This document shows positions 24,201 through 36,424 of a stretch of DNA of 64,000 bases, in pieces; the stretch's first letter is position 1; every line of letters begins with the position of its first letter. The position numbers and the translations under genes are program-made. The stretch covers positions 13,888,001-13,952,000 of the forward strand of contig OZ024753.1 of assembly GCA_964016885.1 (NCBI GenBank), read 5' to 3'. The notes below the pieces were generated by a model. The model saw nothing but the letters and a program-made list of their open reading frames with translations. It searched no databases and was not told where the DNA came from. The stretch comes from Eledone cirrhosa. Lineage: Eukaryota.

Positions 24201-25527
24201 TCTGGCAGCCCCGATTGGGGTGCGTAAGCTGATATTATTGTGGTAATTGTCTTATTCAGGACTAGTCTGAGTTTAATGATTCTTGCATTTACCCTGTACA
24301 CTGAGATTACTTTATCTACCCACTTGTCAGCTAATAGTATACCTACACCACCCATCCCATCGTCATTTCCCACCCAGAAAAATTTGTAGCACTGGCTTTT
24401 TCCTACAAGGACTCTAGCAGACCCTCCTCTCCATCTAGTCTCTTGCACACAGCATACATCAACTTCCTTTCGCTCTAGCATTTCTACGATTTCTCCTGCT
24501 CTTCCTTTCATTGAGCCTACATTGATGGTACCAACTCGGAGTTTTGGGCATTTGTCGACACTCGTAGGGGAGGGTCTCTGGGTTGGCGCTTCACGTGGGT
24601 GCTTGGTAGCTCGCAGATTCATATTTCATCTATTGATTCAGAGTTGCTCGTGTATTCCCAGCTCATCCATCCATAACGGTGGGAAAATTGAGGGCTAGAA
24701 GGACAGTGGTGGTGGGGTAATGGCAGGGTGTGTTGGGATGCGCCAGAGGAGGAGAGAGTTAGTTAGGCAGGTAGTAGCAGCAGCAGCAGTGGAAATGGCA
24801 TGCTAGGTTTGATTGGTCGAATAGACTATGGTGGTGTGTGGGGGTGGGGGGGAGGGAAATTGTGAGGTAGGAACTGAGGGTCGCATGGTAAATATCCAAG
24901 TTAATACTACATCAGTAAAATTAACAATAATAACGTCATGAAAAAAGCTACTAAGAGAAACCCTCGAAAATTTATCGCTAATACAGCAGGGAAAATTTAA
25001 CGCTAATACAGCAGGGAACATCATAATATTAACGACATGAAAAAGCTACTAAGAGAAACCCTCGAAAATTTATCGCTAATACAGCAGGGAAAATTTAACG
25101 CTAATACAGCAGGGAACATCATAATATTAACGACAATATGTAGGCTAAAATACCTTCGTAGATTAGGTGGATGGCTGGCTGGGAAAATTTGAATCAGCTC
25201 TACTGGTACATTTTAGCAGAGAAGAATGGCAAAGTGTCTTATCTCTTCAATATTTTCAGATTGAATGAATTAGGTTAAAGACAGGGTAGTAAGCCTTAAA
25301 GAAGTGCATAGAGGGGGGGGGGGGGTAGGAACTGAGGGTCGCATGGTAAATAACTGAGAGAGATACAATAGGATTAGAATACCGCATGGTAAATATCCAA
25401 GTTAATAAGTTAATACTACATCAGTAAAATTAACAATAATAACGTCATGAAAAAAGCTACTAAGAGAAACCCTCGAAAATTTATCGCTAATACAGCAGGG
25501 AAAATTTAACGCTAATACAGCAGGGAA
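21205..25527 (-). mobile_element. Probably full-length RTE-clade LINE (family A)
   Basis: (GAT)n tail at ~21205, ~300-nt 3'UTR, intact ORF and an upstream region with internal repeats to ~25527. The 5' limit is uncertain and no TSD was found. Confidence 0.8.
21503..24622 (-). CDS. RTE LINE ORF: APE endonuclease + reverse transcriptase + PHD-type zinc finger (1039 aa, uninterrupted)
   Basis: GTINVG, CVQETR, AGDFNGH and LDFIL (APE); NYRGIKL, DLEKAFDRV, GVHQGSVLSP and LLYADD (RT); C4HC3 motif; RRLRWYGHV and GRPK.TW C-terminal motifs. Confidence 0.95.
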   Translation of the reverse strand: MNLRATKHPREAPTQRPSPTSVDKCPKLRVGTINVGSMKGRAGEIVEMLERKEVDVCCVQETRWRGGSARVLVGKSQCYKFFWVGNDDGMGGVGILLADKWVDKVISVYRVNARIIKLRLVLNKTITTIISAYAPQSGLPDELKDRFYESLIHTTALTDDKDFLIIAGDFNGHVGKHCDGFNRVHGGHGVGTRNEEGFRLLEFCDANDMSICNTNFKKPDNHLITYRSGEHSSQLDFILIRGRDRWTVVNTKAFPSEECTSQHSLVVSDLTVRTRRALKQRPTWRRKIWKLKVPSTSNRFKDILLNAYDSKEEQIETFNVEENWEFLKNNLLEATDEVCGWSKTSSRRRVTWWWNNKVDEAVKAKRQAWKEWKNGGSRVHYIETKREARRQVYLARREAEDRKFKHVLQREDQKQEVFKIARQCVRDSCDVIGEKCIRNDKGELALTSAEKKDAWKSHYDRLLNEENAWEEETLPHVDPIEGPAVQVSGSVVSKAIRDMKIGKATGPSGIAAEMLKASGSVGHTITTRIVNQVILEGAIPKDWCSSIIVNCYKGKGDALDRGNYRGIKLMDQVMKVTERVIAQLIRDRVNIDEMQFGFVPGKGTTDALFLVRQLQEKYLAKSKPLYLAFVDLEKAFDRVPRAVIWWALRKLGVDEWLVKAVQAMYRGAVSKVRIGNEYSEEFSVQVGVHQGSVLSPLLFIIVLQAITEEFKTGCPWELLYADDLALIAESMVELENKFQTWKQGLERKGLKVNMTKTKVLISRRENRTQIPSGKWPCSVCRKGVGRNSILCPKCKQWVHKRCSGISGSLIKNVGFTCSSCAETASKQPQETSTTNLWEGPVETVDSFCYLGDRISNGGGCSESTITRVRTGWKKFRELLPLLAAKGFSLRMKGRLYDACIRTAMLHGSETWALKVEDLRRLERNEACMLRWMCNSNIRERQSINELRERLSIRGIKCCVQERRLRWYGHVMRMKDDSCIKRCRALEVDGNRGVGRPKMTWDEVIKADLTQLHLSKSMTHDRDFWRHAVIQGTRPPMGTC

Positions 25528-25547
25528 TATATATATGTATGTGTGTG

Positions 25548-25820
25548 TGGAGGCATGTGGCCTAGTGGTAAGGGTGTTACTTACGATCATAATGTCGAGG
25601 GTTTCATTCCTGGGTTGTGTGTTGTGTTCTTGAGCAAAACACTTCATTTCACGTTGTTCCAGTATACTCAGCTGAAAACGAGTACCAACAATAGCCAGGG
25701 GTTTAACCCTGCGATAGACTGGCGTCCTGTCCAGGGGGGAGTCTTGTAATTTCAGTTGCTTCACACCATGAAACCGAGATAAGCACCGGCCAAATGACCC
25801 TTCTGGCTTAAGACTGACTT
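25548..25820 (+). mobile_element. tRNA-derived CORE-like SINE
   Basis: A-box-like tggcctagtgg, CORE-like gttcttgagcaaaacactt, and tgcgatagactggcgtcctgtccagggg. Confidence 0.7.
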
Positions 25821-25920
25821 TAGATATATATATTTATATTTATATATATTTATATATATATATTATTTATATATATATATATATTATTTATATATATATA
25901 TTTATATATATATATATATT

Positions 25921-25962
<42 letters not shown>

Positions 25963-26829
25963 GGATTGTAACGTCCAGTTAGTGTAGGTTCACCAGAGCA
26001 CTTGACGCGTAGTTTCCAGTCGGTATATAGGGGTTGTACTAAGCAGACTGTAATACTAATACTACTATAACAGCATTATGATGACCTTTTGATTCCAGAG
26101 TAGGGCCTGATCGATACAGATCAAGTCTTGAGCTGGTCAATGGCGAAACACGTGTTACACCTCAATAAATGTAATGAAGATCTAACACTTTGTCCTTTTT
26201 ATTATTTTGGCAGTATCGGTAGAGGGTCAGACGCCATACTTTGACTTTGACGCATAGTTATGGCCCTTGCCATTCTGAGTTCAAATCCCACCGAGGTTAA
26301 CTTTGCTTTTCATCCTTACGGAGTCGATAACATAAAGTTCCAGTAATACACTGGGGGTAATTGCTGGCCTTGTACCAAAAGTAGAAACAATTATTATTAT
26401 TGAACCCCATCCCAGGATCTCCATCATTAAGAAATATAGATCCTGGCCAAGATTCAACCCCACTCCAGGATCTCAAGATCCTGATCTAGATAGAACTCCA
26501 CCCCAGGATCTCAATCATTACGTAATATAGAACCTGGTCAAGATTCAACCCCACTGCAGGATCTCAATCATTATGTAATATAGATCCTGATCTAGATTGA
26601 ACTCCACCCCGGGATCTCCATTATATCTACATTTTACCACTGAACCACCAACAACTATGTTCTGAGTTCAAATCCTACACTGAAATCAACTTTATCTATC
26701 ATCCTTCTGGGATTGATGAAATAAAGTACTGAGGTTCTATATGAATGATTAACCCCTGCTCCTTAAAATTGCTGGCCTTGTGCCTATGTTAGAACTAATT
26801 GATGAGTTTTAACTGTTAGGATATGATTT

Positions 26830-27840
26830 AACAGCTCCGATACTATGGGCATGTGGTTAGAATGTCTCAGGAAAGAATCACTGGAGAGTCACTCCAGGTA
26901 GAGCCACTACTTCTCCAAATTGAGAGATCACAGCTCTGATACTATGGGCATGTGGTTAGAATGTCTCAGGAAAGAATCACTGGATAGTCACTCCAGGTAG
27001 AGCCACTACTTCTCCAAATTGAGAGATCACAGCTCCGATACTATGGACATGTGGTTAGAATGTCTCAGGAAAGAGTCACTCCAGGTAGAGCCACTACTTC
27101 TCCAAATTGAGAGATCACAGCTCTCATACTGTGGACATGTGGTTAGAATGTCTCAAGAAAGAATCACTGGAGAGTTGCTCCTGGTAGAGCCACTACTTCT
27201 CCGAATTGAGAGATCACAGCTCTCATACTGTGGGCATGTGTTTAGAATGTCTCAGGAAAAAATCACTGGAGAGTTGCTCCTGGTAGAGCCACTACTTCTC
27301 CGAATTGAGAGATCACAGCTCTCATACTGTGGGCATGTGTTTAGAATGTCTCAGGAAAAAATCACTGGAGAGTTGCTCCAGGTAGAGCCACTACTTCTCC
27401 AAATTGAGAGATCACAGCTCCGATACTATGGACATGTGGTTAGAATGTCTCAGGAAAGAGTCACTCCAGGTAGAGCCACTACCTCTCCAAATTGAGAGAT
27501 CACAGCTCTCATACTGTGGACATGTGGTTAGAATGTCTCAGGAAAGAATCACTGGAGAGTTGCTCCTGGTAGAGCCACTACCTCTCCGAATTGAGAGATC
27601 ACAGCTCTCATACTGTGGGCATGTGTTTAGAATGTCTCAGGAAAGAATCGCTGGACAGATTTTACAGGCAAAACCAACCGACAGGAGACCCAGGGGTAGA
27701 CCCCGAGCAAGATGGTTGGATAACATCCATGAGTTTAGCTGGTCTCGCGTTGGATCCAACCAGATTAGTTGGAGACCTGCTGGAATGAGTGTTTGAGGAC
27801 TGTGCTCCCACAACCCTCTCAGGAATAAGTGAGTGAAGAA
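26830..27840 (+). mobile_element. RTE/Expander-like LINE 3' end with an ~87-bp internal tandem array
   Basis: Repeated VEPLLLRIERSQL.YCGHV.RMSQE, then RRPRGRPRARWLDNI. Confidence 0.75.
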
Positions 27841-28469
27841 GGATACGATTTCAGGGACATTTGGCTACTATTTCTAGCAGGTCGGTGAACTACCTAGTAG
27901 CTTCCACTCTATCAATGTTCATGTAATCTTTTAATATCAGGTTGTAATTGTGTGTTTCTCTCTTTCTCTCTCTCTGTGGGATGGAAGACATGCTTCCAAA
28001 ATACATAAACTGAAATTCCCTATATACAGGGAGAGGTATAAAGATCTCTCACCTTTTTTTTATGTCCCTTCAAAGTGTGGGACATCGTTATGCTTCACTG
28101 GTTACAAACCGACTCATATTTACATCCTCCACACATACACACCACCACCACCAACAATAACGCTCACAAACATCCATACCAATATCGCAGAAGGGGGTGG
28201 CACTTCTGCTGTTTATTGGGTTATGTTTTTCATGCTGCAGAGTGCTAGCTTCAGTCGCTATTAGGATGCAAGGGGAAGTAATTCATTCGAGATTTACTTT
28301 TCGTTTGGAAGGGAGTTAACTATTTGATATTTCCGGACGAAACTGGCTCATGTTCAGTGCTGGACTTTAATATGAACTAAATAAAGTCTAGTTTGGGGTC
28401 CCACACCCTCGGGGCCTCATTTAAAAAATATATTTTTATTTTATCATTGGTTTTTATATACCCTCAATC

Positions 28470-28762
28470 AGGCATTTACCATACTCAGAACGCCTTATTT
28501 CCTATTGATGGATACATTGAAGCCCAGACATCTGGCAACTGACTTGGTAAACACCCACAACATTATTAACCATCTTGCCAACAACCCTGAGTACCTTTTT
28601 GATTTCCATGTGTCTAACACACGTGGACATGTCCACAAAGTCAGAAAACAACACAGCTCCCATGACTTTCAGAAACATTTCTTCACACTCAGAGTTGCTG
28701 AAGCATGGAACAAACTCCCTGCATCAGTTGTTAGCACTGTACACAATAATTTTATTATTATT
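28470..28762 (+). mobile_element. CR1-type LINE 3' fragment (internally deleted, no array)
   Basis: TRGHVHKVRKQHSSHDFQKHFFTLRVAEAWNKLP; same family as 19830 and 57640. Confidence 0.75.
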
Positions 28763-28769
28763 ATTTATC

Positions 28770-31220
28770 AGTGAATACTGGGTGCTTTTTACTGTGGCGC
28801 CTACACCACTTTACAGTGAGTACTGGGTGCTTTTTACTGTGGCGCCTACACAACCACTTTACAGTGAGTACTGGGTGCTTTTTACTGTGGCGTCTACACC
28901 AATTTACAGTGAGTACTGGGTGCTTTTTACTGTGGCGTCTACACCAATTTACAGTGAGTACTGAGTGCTTTTTACCATGGCGCCTACACAACCACTTTAC
29001 AGTGAGTACTGGGTGCTTTTTACTGTGGTGCCTACACCACTTTACAGTGAGTACTGGGTGCTTTTTACTGTGGCGTCTACACCAATTTACAGTGAGTACT
29101 GAGTACTTTTTACCATGGCGCCTACACAATCACTTTACAGTGAGTACTGGGTGCTTTTTACTGTGGTGCCTACACCACTTTACAGTGAGTACTGGGTGCT
29201 TTTTACTGTGGCGTCTACACCAATTTACAGTGAGTACTGAGTGCTTTTTACCATGGCGCCTACACAACCACTTTACAGTGAGTACTGGGTGCTTTTTACT
29301 GTGGCGTCTACACCAATTTACAGTGAGTACTGAGTGCTTTTTACCATGGCGCCTACACAACCACTTTACAGTGAGTACTGGGTGCTTTTTACTGTGGTGC
29401 CTACACCACTTTACAGTGAGTACTGGGTGCTTTTTACTGTGGCGTCTACACCAATTTACAGTGAGTACTGAGTGCTTTTTACCATGGCGCCTACACAACC
29501 ACTTTACAGTGAGTACTGGGTGCTTTTTACTGTGGTGCCTACACCACTTTACAGTGAGTACTGGGTGCTTTTTACTGTGGCGTCTACACCAATTTACAGT
29601 GAGTACTGAGTACTTTTTACCATGGCGCCTACACAATCACTTTACAGTGAGTACTGGGTGCTTTTTACTGTGGTGCCTACACCACTTTACAGTGAGTACT
29701 GGGTGCTTTTTACTGTGGCGTCTACACCAATTTACAGTGAGTACTGAGTGCTTTTTACCATGGCGCCTACACAACCACTTTACAGTGAGTACTGGGTGCT
29801 TTTTACTGTGGCGTCTACACCAATTTACAGTGAGTACTGAGTGCTTTTTACCATGGCGCCTACACAACCACTTTACAGTGAGTACTGGGTGCTTTTTACT
29901 GTGGTGCCTACACCACTTTACAGTGAGTACTGGGTGCTTTTTACTGTGGCGTCTACACCAATTTACAGTGAGTACTGAGTGCTTTTTACCATGGCGCCTA
30001 CACAACCACTTTACAGTGAGTACTGGGTGCTTTTTACTGTGGCGTCTACACCAATTTACAGTGAGTACTGAGTGCTTTTTACCATGGCGCCTACACAACC
30101 ACTTTACAGTGAGTACTGGGTGCTTTTTACTGTGGTGCCTACACCACTTTACAGTGAGTACTGGGTGCTTTTTACTGTGGCGTCTACACCAATTTACAGT
30201 GAGTACTGAGTGCTTTTTACCATGGCGCCTACACAACCACTTTACAGTGAGTACTGGGTGCTTTTTACTGTGGTGCCTACACCACTTTACAGTGAGTACT
30301 GGGTGCTTTTTACTGTGGCGTCTACACCAATTTACAGTGAGTACTGAGTACTTTTTACCATGGCGCCTACACAATCACTTTACAGTGAGTACTGGGTGCT
30401 TTTTACTGTGGTGCCTACACCACTTTACAGTGAGTACTGGGTGCTTTTTACTGTGGCGTCTACACCAATTTACAGTGAGTACTGAGTGCTTTTTACCATG
30501 GCGCCTACACAACCACTTTACAGTGAGTACTGGGTGCTTTTTACTGTGGCGTCTACACCAATTTACAGTGAGTACTGAGTGCTTTTTACCATGGCGCCTA
30601 CACAACCACTTTACAGTGAGTACTGGGTGCTTTTTACTGTGGTGCCTACACCACTTTACAGTGAGTACTGGGTGCTTTTTACTGTGGCGTCTACACCAAT
30701 TTACAGTGAGTACTGAGTGCTTTTTACCATGGCGCCTACACAACCACTTTACAGTGAGTACTGGGTGCTTTTTACTGTGGTGCCTACACCACTTTACAGT
30801 GAGTACTGGGTGCTTTTTACCGTGGCGCCTACACAACTACTTTACAGTGAGTACTGGGTGCTTTTTACTGTGGTGCCTACACCACTTTACAGTGAGTACT
30901 GGGTGCTTTTTACTGTGGCGTCTACACCAATTTACAGTGAGTACTGAGTGCTTTTTACCATGGCGCCTACACAACCACTTTACAGTGAGTACTGGGTGCT
31001 TTTTACTGTGGTGCCTACACCACTTTACAGTGAGTACTGGGTGCTTTTTACCGTGGCGCCTACACAACTACTTTACAGTGAGTACTGGGTGCTTTTTACT
31101 GTGGTGCCTACACCACTTTACAGTGAGTACTGGGTGCTTTTTACCGTGGCGCCTACACCACTTTACAATGTGGACTAGCTGCTTTTTTGTCGTGACACCT
31201 ACACAATCACTTTACAGTGG
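28770..31220 (-). repeat. 2.4-kb satellite of 45/45/48-bp variants (higher-order ABC/BC pattern) from the RTE 3'UTR module
   Basis: Variants tggtgcctacaccact, tggcgtctacaccaat and catggcgcctacacaaccact recur in ordered blocks; the array abuts an RTE ORF remnant at 31293. Confidence 0.92.
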
Positions 31221-31292
31221 AGGGGGGGGGGGTCATACTGTCTCTTTGCTTCAGCTTCGGCTTGTACCAGTGGGAAGTCTGATTTTCTATAT

Positions 31293-31790
31293 TACTGCGT
31301 AACACGAGAGGTCTCGGTCCTGTGTCATCGCCTTTGAGACGTGCAATTGGGCAAGGTTAGCTTTTATCACCTTATCCCAGGTCTTCTTGGGTCTCCCCAC
31401 GCTAAGGCTGTCATCCTTCATATGCATCACATGTTCATACCAATGTAATCTCTTCTGCACACAGCATTTGATTCCTCTTGTGCTTAGTCTCTCTCTCAAT
31501 TCGTTTATGCTTTGCCGTTCACGTATATTACTAATACACATCCATTGGAGCATGCAAGCTTCATTTCTTTCTAATCTAGACTTCCTGAGATCCCACTACA
31601 TCTCTTGTGTACCCATAGTTTGCATTTGGGGCAGATGATGGAATTTCTACCTACACCTTTCCTACATACAGAGCAAGGCCACTTCCATGAGGGGATCTGG
31701 GTTCTAATTTCTCGTCTACTTGCGAGGACCTTAGTCTTTGTGAGGTTGACTTTAAGACCCCTTCTTTCTAGGCTCTGCTTCCAAGTTTGA
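31293..31790 (-). pseudogene. Degenerate RTE ORF fragments (PHD region and C-terminus)
   Basis: GLKVNLTKTKVL, WPCSVCRKGVGRNSIICPKCKLWVHKRC and degenerate RLHWYEHV, with deletions. Confidence 0.85.
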
Positions 31791-31989
31791 TGTTTCAAAC
31801 AATTGGGTCATTTCAAAGGAAACAGTAATAATTAATGGAGAATGGCTGGTCTCGTTTGTGAGATCCAGCCAGGTCATTTGGGGATGGTTGCTTCTGACAG
31901 GACCTACTGGAAGGAGTGATTGAGGACTCTGCTCCCACGACTCACTCAGGAATAAATGGGAAACGAACACAGGAAACCTTTCTCACTAC

Positions 31990-33775
31990 CCATGCCACAA
32001 TACCCAGATATGCCCTCAAACAGCCCCTTCAACCCATGCTGACAATATCCAGACATACCCTCAAACAGCCTCTTCTACAACCCATGTCAACAATATCCAG
32101 ACATACTCTCAAACAGCCCCTTCTACAACCCATATCAACAATATCCAGACATACCCTCAAACAGCCCCTTCTACAACCCATGCTGACAATATCCAGACAT
32201 ACTCTCAAACAGCCCCTTCTACAACCCATATCAACAATATCCAGACATACCCTCAAACAGCCCCTTCTACAACCCATGCTGACAATATCCAGACATACCC
32301 TCAAACAGCCCCTTCTACAACCCATATCAACAATATCCAGACATACTCTCAAACAGCCCCTTCTACAACCCATATCAACAATATCCAGACATACCCTCAA
32401 ACAGCCCCTTCTACAACCCATGTCAACAATATCCAGACATACTCTCAAACAGCCCCTTCTACAACCCATATCAACAATATCCAGACATACCCTCAAATAG
32501 CCCCTTCTACAACCCATGCTGACAATATCCAGATATACCCTCAAACAGCCCCTTCTACAACCCATGCTGACAATATCCAGATATACCCTCAAACAGCCCC
32601 TTCTACAACCCATGCTGACAATATCCAGATATACCCTCAAACAGCCCCTTCTACAACCCATGCTGACAATATCCAGATATACCCTCAAACAGCCCCTTCT
32701 ACAACCCATGCTGACAATATCCAGATATACCCTCAAACAGCCCCTTCTACAACCCATGCTGACAATATCCAGACATACCCTCAAACAGCCCCTTCTACAA
32801 CCCATGTCAACAATATCCAGATATACCCTCAAACAGCCCCTTCTACAACCCATGCTGACAATATCCAGACATACTCTCAAACAGCCCCTTCTACAACCCA
32901 TGACAACAATATCCAGACATACCCTCAAACAACCCATGTCAACAATATCCAAACATACCCTCAAACAGCCCCTTCTACAACCCATGACAACAATATCCAG
33001 ATATACCCTCAAACAGCCCCTTCTACAACCCATGACAACAATATCCAGATATACCCTCAAACAGCCCCTTCTACAACCCATATCAACAATATCGAGACAT
33101 ACCCTCAAACAGCCCCTTCTACAACCCATGTCAACAATATCCAGATATACCCTCAAACAACCCATGTCAACAATATCCAAACATACCCTCAAACAGCCCC
33201 TTCTACAACCCATGACAACAATATCCAGACATACCCTCAAACAACCCATGTCAACAATATCCAAACATACCCTCAAACAGCCCCTTCTACAACCCATGAC
33301 AACAATATCCAGATATACCCTCAAACAGCCCCTTCTACAACCCATGACAACAATATCCAGATATACCCTCAAACAGCCCCTTCTACAACCCATATCAACA
33401 ATATCGAGACATACCCTCAAACAGCCCCTTCTACAACCCATGTCAACAATATCCAGACATACCCTCAAGCAACCCATGTCAACAATATCCAAACATACCC
33501 TCAAACAGCCCCTTCTACAACCCATGACAACAATATCCAGATATACCCTCAAACAGCCCCTTCTACAACCCATATCAACAATATCGAGACATACCCTCAA
33601 ACAGCCCCTTCTACAACCCATGTCAACAATATCCAGATATACCCTCAAACAGCCCCTTCTACAACCCATATCAACAATATCGAGACATACCCTCAAACAG
33701 CCCCTTCTACAACCCATGTCAACAATATCCAGATATACCCTCAAACAGCCCCTTATTCAACCCATATCAACAATA
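31990..33775. repeat. 48-bp minisatellite with 36-bp deletion variants (~38 units)
   Basis: acaatatccagacataccctcaaacagccccttctacaacccatgtca. Confidence 0.95.
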
Positions 33776-33811
33776 CAAAAGTATCACAGGCAATCCTATT
33801 GTTGCTACTAT

Positions 33812-34208
33812 CCTACATAATTATCTCACATAATATCAAATCCATGAGATTTTGATGTTATTTATTTTGAGAACAAAACCTTAACACCAGTTTAAGTGGC
33901 TGGTTTTAACAGAAAGAGGTGAGAGAATTCTGGCTGGATACGGCTGGTTTAAATGCTAAAGGGTTAATGCAAGAACATTTCCAGCTTTTTAGTGATCAAA
34001 CCGGCCAAAACCGGCCAGAATTCTCTACCTCTTTCTCTTGAAACTGGCTGTAACTGGTCGCTCAAACTGATGTTAAGGTATTTTTTTCAAAATAAATACT
34101 TTCAAAATCTTTTAGATTCGATATTATTTGAGATAATTATGTGAGGTAAAGACTTTACCATTAAAATATAATAGTATATATAGAGCAATGTGAATGCTAA
34201 AGGGTTAA
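33812..34208. mobile_element. Inverted pair of TTAA-ended MITE-like fragments
   Basis: 33812-33945 is an approximate reverse complement of 34010-34145; ends aaagggttaa. A related copy (ttaacctt...aaagggttaa) is at 44247-44411. Confidence 0.55.
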
Positions 34209-35607
34209 ACTGTCAACCTGTTAAAACTAACACACCACAACACAAGTATTCTGGATCAGGAAGGGTTGAATCTCTGAATCGCTGAGTCAACATATGTCCT
34301 GGGGATTGATACAATGGTTTATGTATGAATCACCCATCTGGTGTTGATGTCCAGATGACTGGTTGGCTGTATTCTGAGGTCATTAAGGACAATAGACTAG
34401 GAAACCAACGTTGGTCCTGTGCAGGATATTTATCATCGACCAACTGGGACTATTGCTCTCAACAGCATCTGCTCAATGGTCATAGTAAATGACCACCTAT
34501 TGGTACATTCCAGTATCGTACAATTGGTCTGTAAATATAATATATAGCTGGACATAGAGAGATATAGAAGGGAATAGAGTATTATAAAATCTCTCTTTCT
34601 TCCCTCATCTATCTATCCATAAACCTGCAGGTTGAGGAAGATAAACAGAGGGAAGACAGGAACACCTACAAAACGTGTTCCTGGTGTTGAGTGAGGGTTG
34701 TTCTATCGACGGGGTGTAAAACAACCCTGCAGTAAAGTGCCCCCCTATTGGGGATTTCAAATGTTATTTTATTATATATAGTTTATTGTTATTTATTAAT
34801 GTTAAAGTTTTTTTTATATGTAAAACCCTCCGCCGTCACGTCTTGTAATGTCCCATTTTTGTACGCCCCTGTGGCAAATAAAGAAAGATATCTATCTAGA
34901 TTATAAATGTTGGTACATTTTCATACACAATGTTGTATGTAGTAACACTCATGTTTAAATATTTTATACTTTAACTATTACACATACACAGACTCCCCGC
35001 TGTCTCTGTATAAATGTATGTATATAAGTATACAAATGAATATATGAGAGGGATGAACACCGATACAAGTATACATGTGTTCGAATTGCAAATGACCAAG
35101 TTAGCTAGGTTGAAAAATACTAATTTAACATAATATAGTTTGCCTGTCTCGATTTAAAATAATAAATCAATAAAAATAACAAACCTATATTGGCAATGGC
35201 CGTGATACCCGGACAAATTCTAAATTTGTTTTGCAACTATTAAGTGAAAGTTACTATTCCTGTGCTCTTCTGCGGGTATCCAGGAAAATTTGTATCAATC
35301 ACTTCAGAATACTTAAGAAGACTGAGAAATACGTGTTGTTGAACGCACATGTCACAGTGCCTAACTCATCTCATACTCGTGTCGCTAAAAATAGCAGTTG
35401 GTTTGATGGGACTAAAATAACTCAATGTATGGAGCCGTGAATATCAAATATTGAGTTATAAACTCGAAATAGTCTTTTACAATTAAATAACTCAAAGAAG
35501 GGAATATTTCCGAGCCGTATATATGAGGGATGAACACCTATACAAATGACCAAGTTAGCTAGGTTGAAAAATACTAATTTAACAACTAATTTAACATGTA
35601 CATAAGT

Positions 35608-35995
35608 ATCATCATCATCATCATCATCATCGTTTAACGTCCATATTCCATGCTTGCATGGGTTTGGACGGGGGTTTTCCCACTTGAGGCAAGAGTGGTT
35701 GTCTTGCTCGCATAGGACTGTCTGGCGGGTTTTCTACGGCTGGATGCCCTTCCTAACACCAACCACATTTACAGTGTGGAACTGGGAGGTTTTTACCGTG
35801 TTACCTACACGGCCACATTACAGCGTGGACTGTGTGTTTTTTTGTCGTGACACCTACATGACCTCATTTGTTTCGGGCTGGATGTTGTGACACCAACATA
35901 ACTTTACATTGAAGGGGTGGTGTGGATGGGGTGGGGGTAGTGGGACGGGGTGTATTTTGTTAGAGGTGCCTACTGACTGTAGTAGGTTTCACTTG
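35608..35995 (-). mobile_element. RTE family B 3'UTR copy
   Basis: Near-identical to 36425-36812. Confidence 0.85.
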
Positions 35996-36122
35996 TATAT
36001 GTATATATATATATAACCCATGAAAGTATGGAAAAATGGATGTAAAAACGATGACTATGATATATATATGGGTGTGTATATATATATATATATGTGAGTG
36101 TGTGTATGTGTGTATATGTATA

Positions 36123-36155
<33 letters not shown>

Positions 36156-36330
36156 GGGCATCTTGCTGTAAAATACCCAGCCAAATTTACAGTCCTCGCC
36201 GGAGCAAGGTGCAACTCATGGCCAACCCTGACCAGACATGCCTCCTGGCCTTGTAACCCATGTAACTGGGGGAAAATTGACGTTAAACAGTGATGATGAT
36301 GATATATATATGTATGGGTATGTGTGTATG

Positions 36331-36361
<31 letters not shown>

Positions 36362-36424
36362 ATGTATATATATATATATATGAGTGTGTGTATGTATATA
36401 TATATATATATATATGAGTGTGTG

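Noticed and set aside
25548-25615. tRNA gene
   Set aside because: Degenerate tRNA-like SINE head followed by SINE body; no complete cloverleaf.
28771-31302. 843-aa ORF
   Set aside because: Translation of a satellite whose units (45/48 bp) are multiples of three; no protein features.
31916-33820. Long ORFs on both strands (571, 434 and 194 aa)
   Set aside because: 48/36-bp minisatellite read-through with no splice signals or unique domain.
35440-35480. gagtt-ata-aactc-GAAA-tag-TC hammerhead-like half
   Set aside because: The upstream core is not CUGANGA and stem I is weak; insufficient support.
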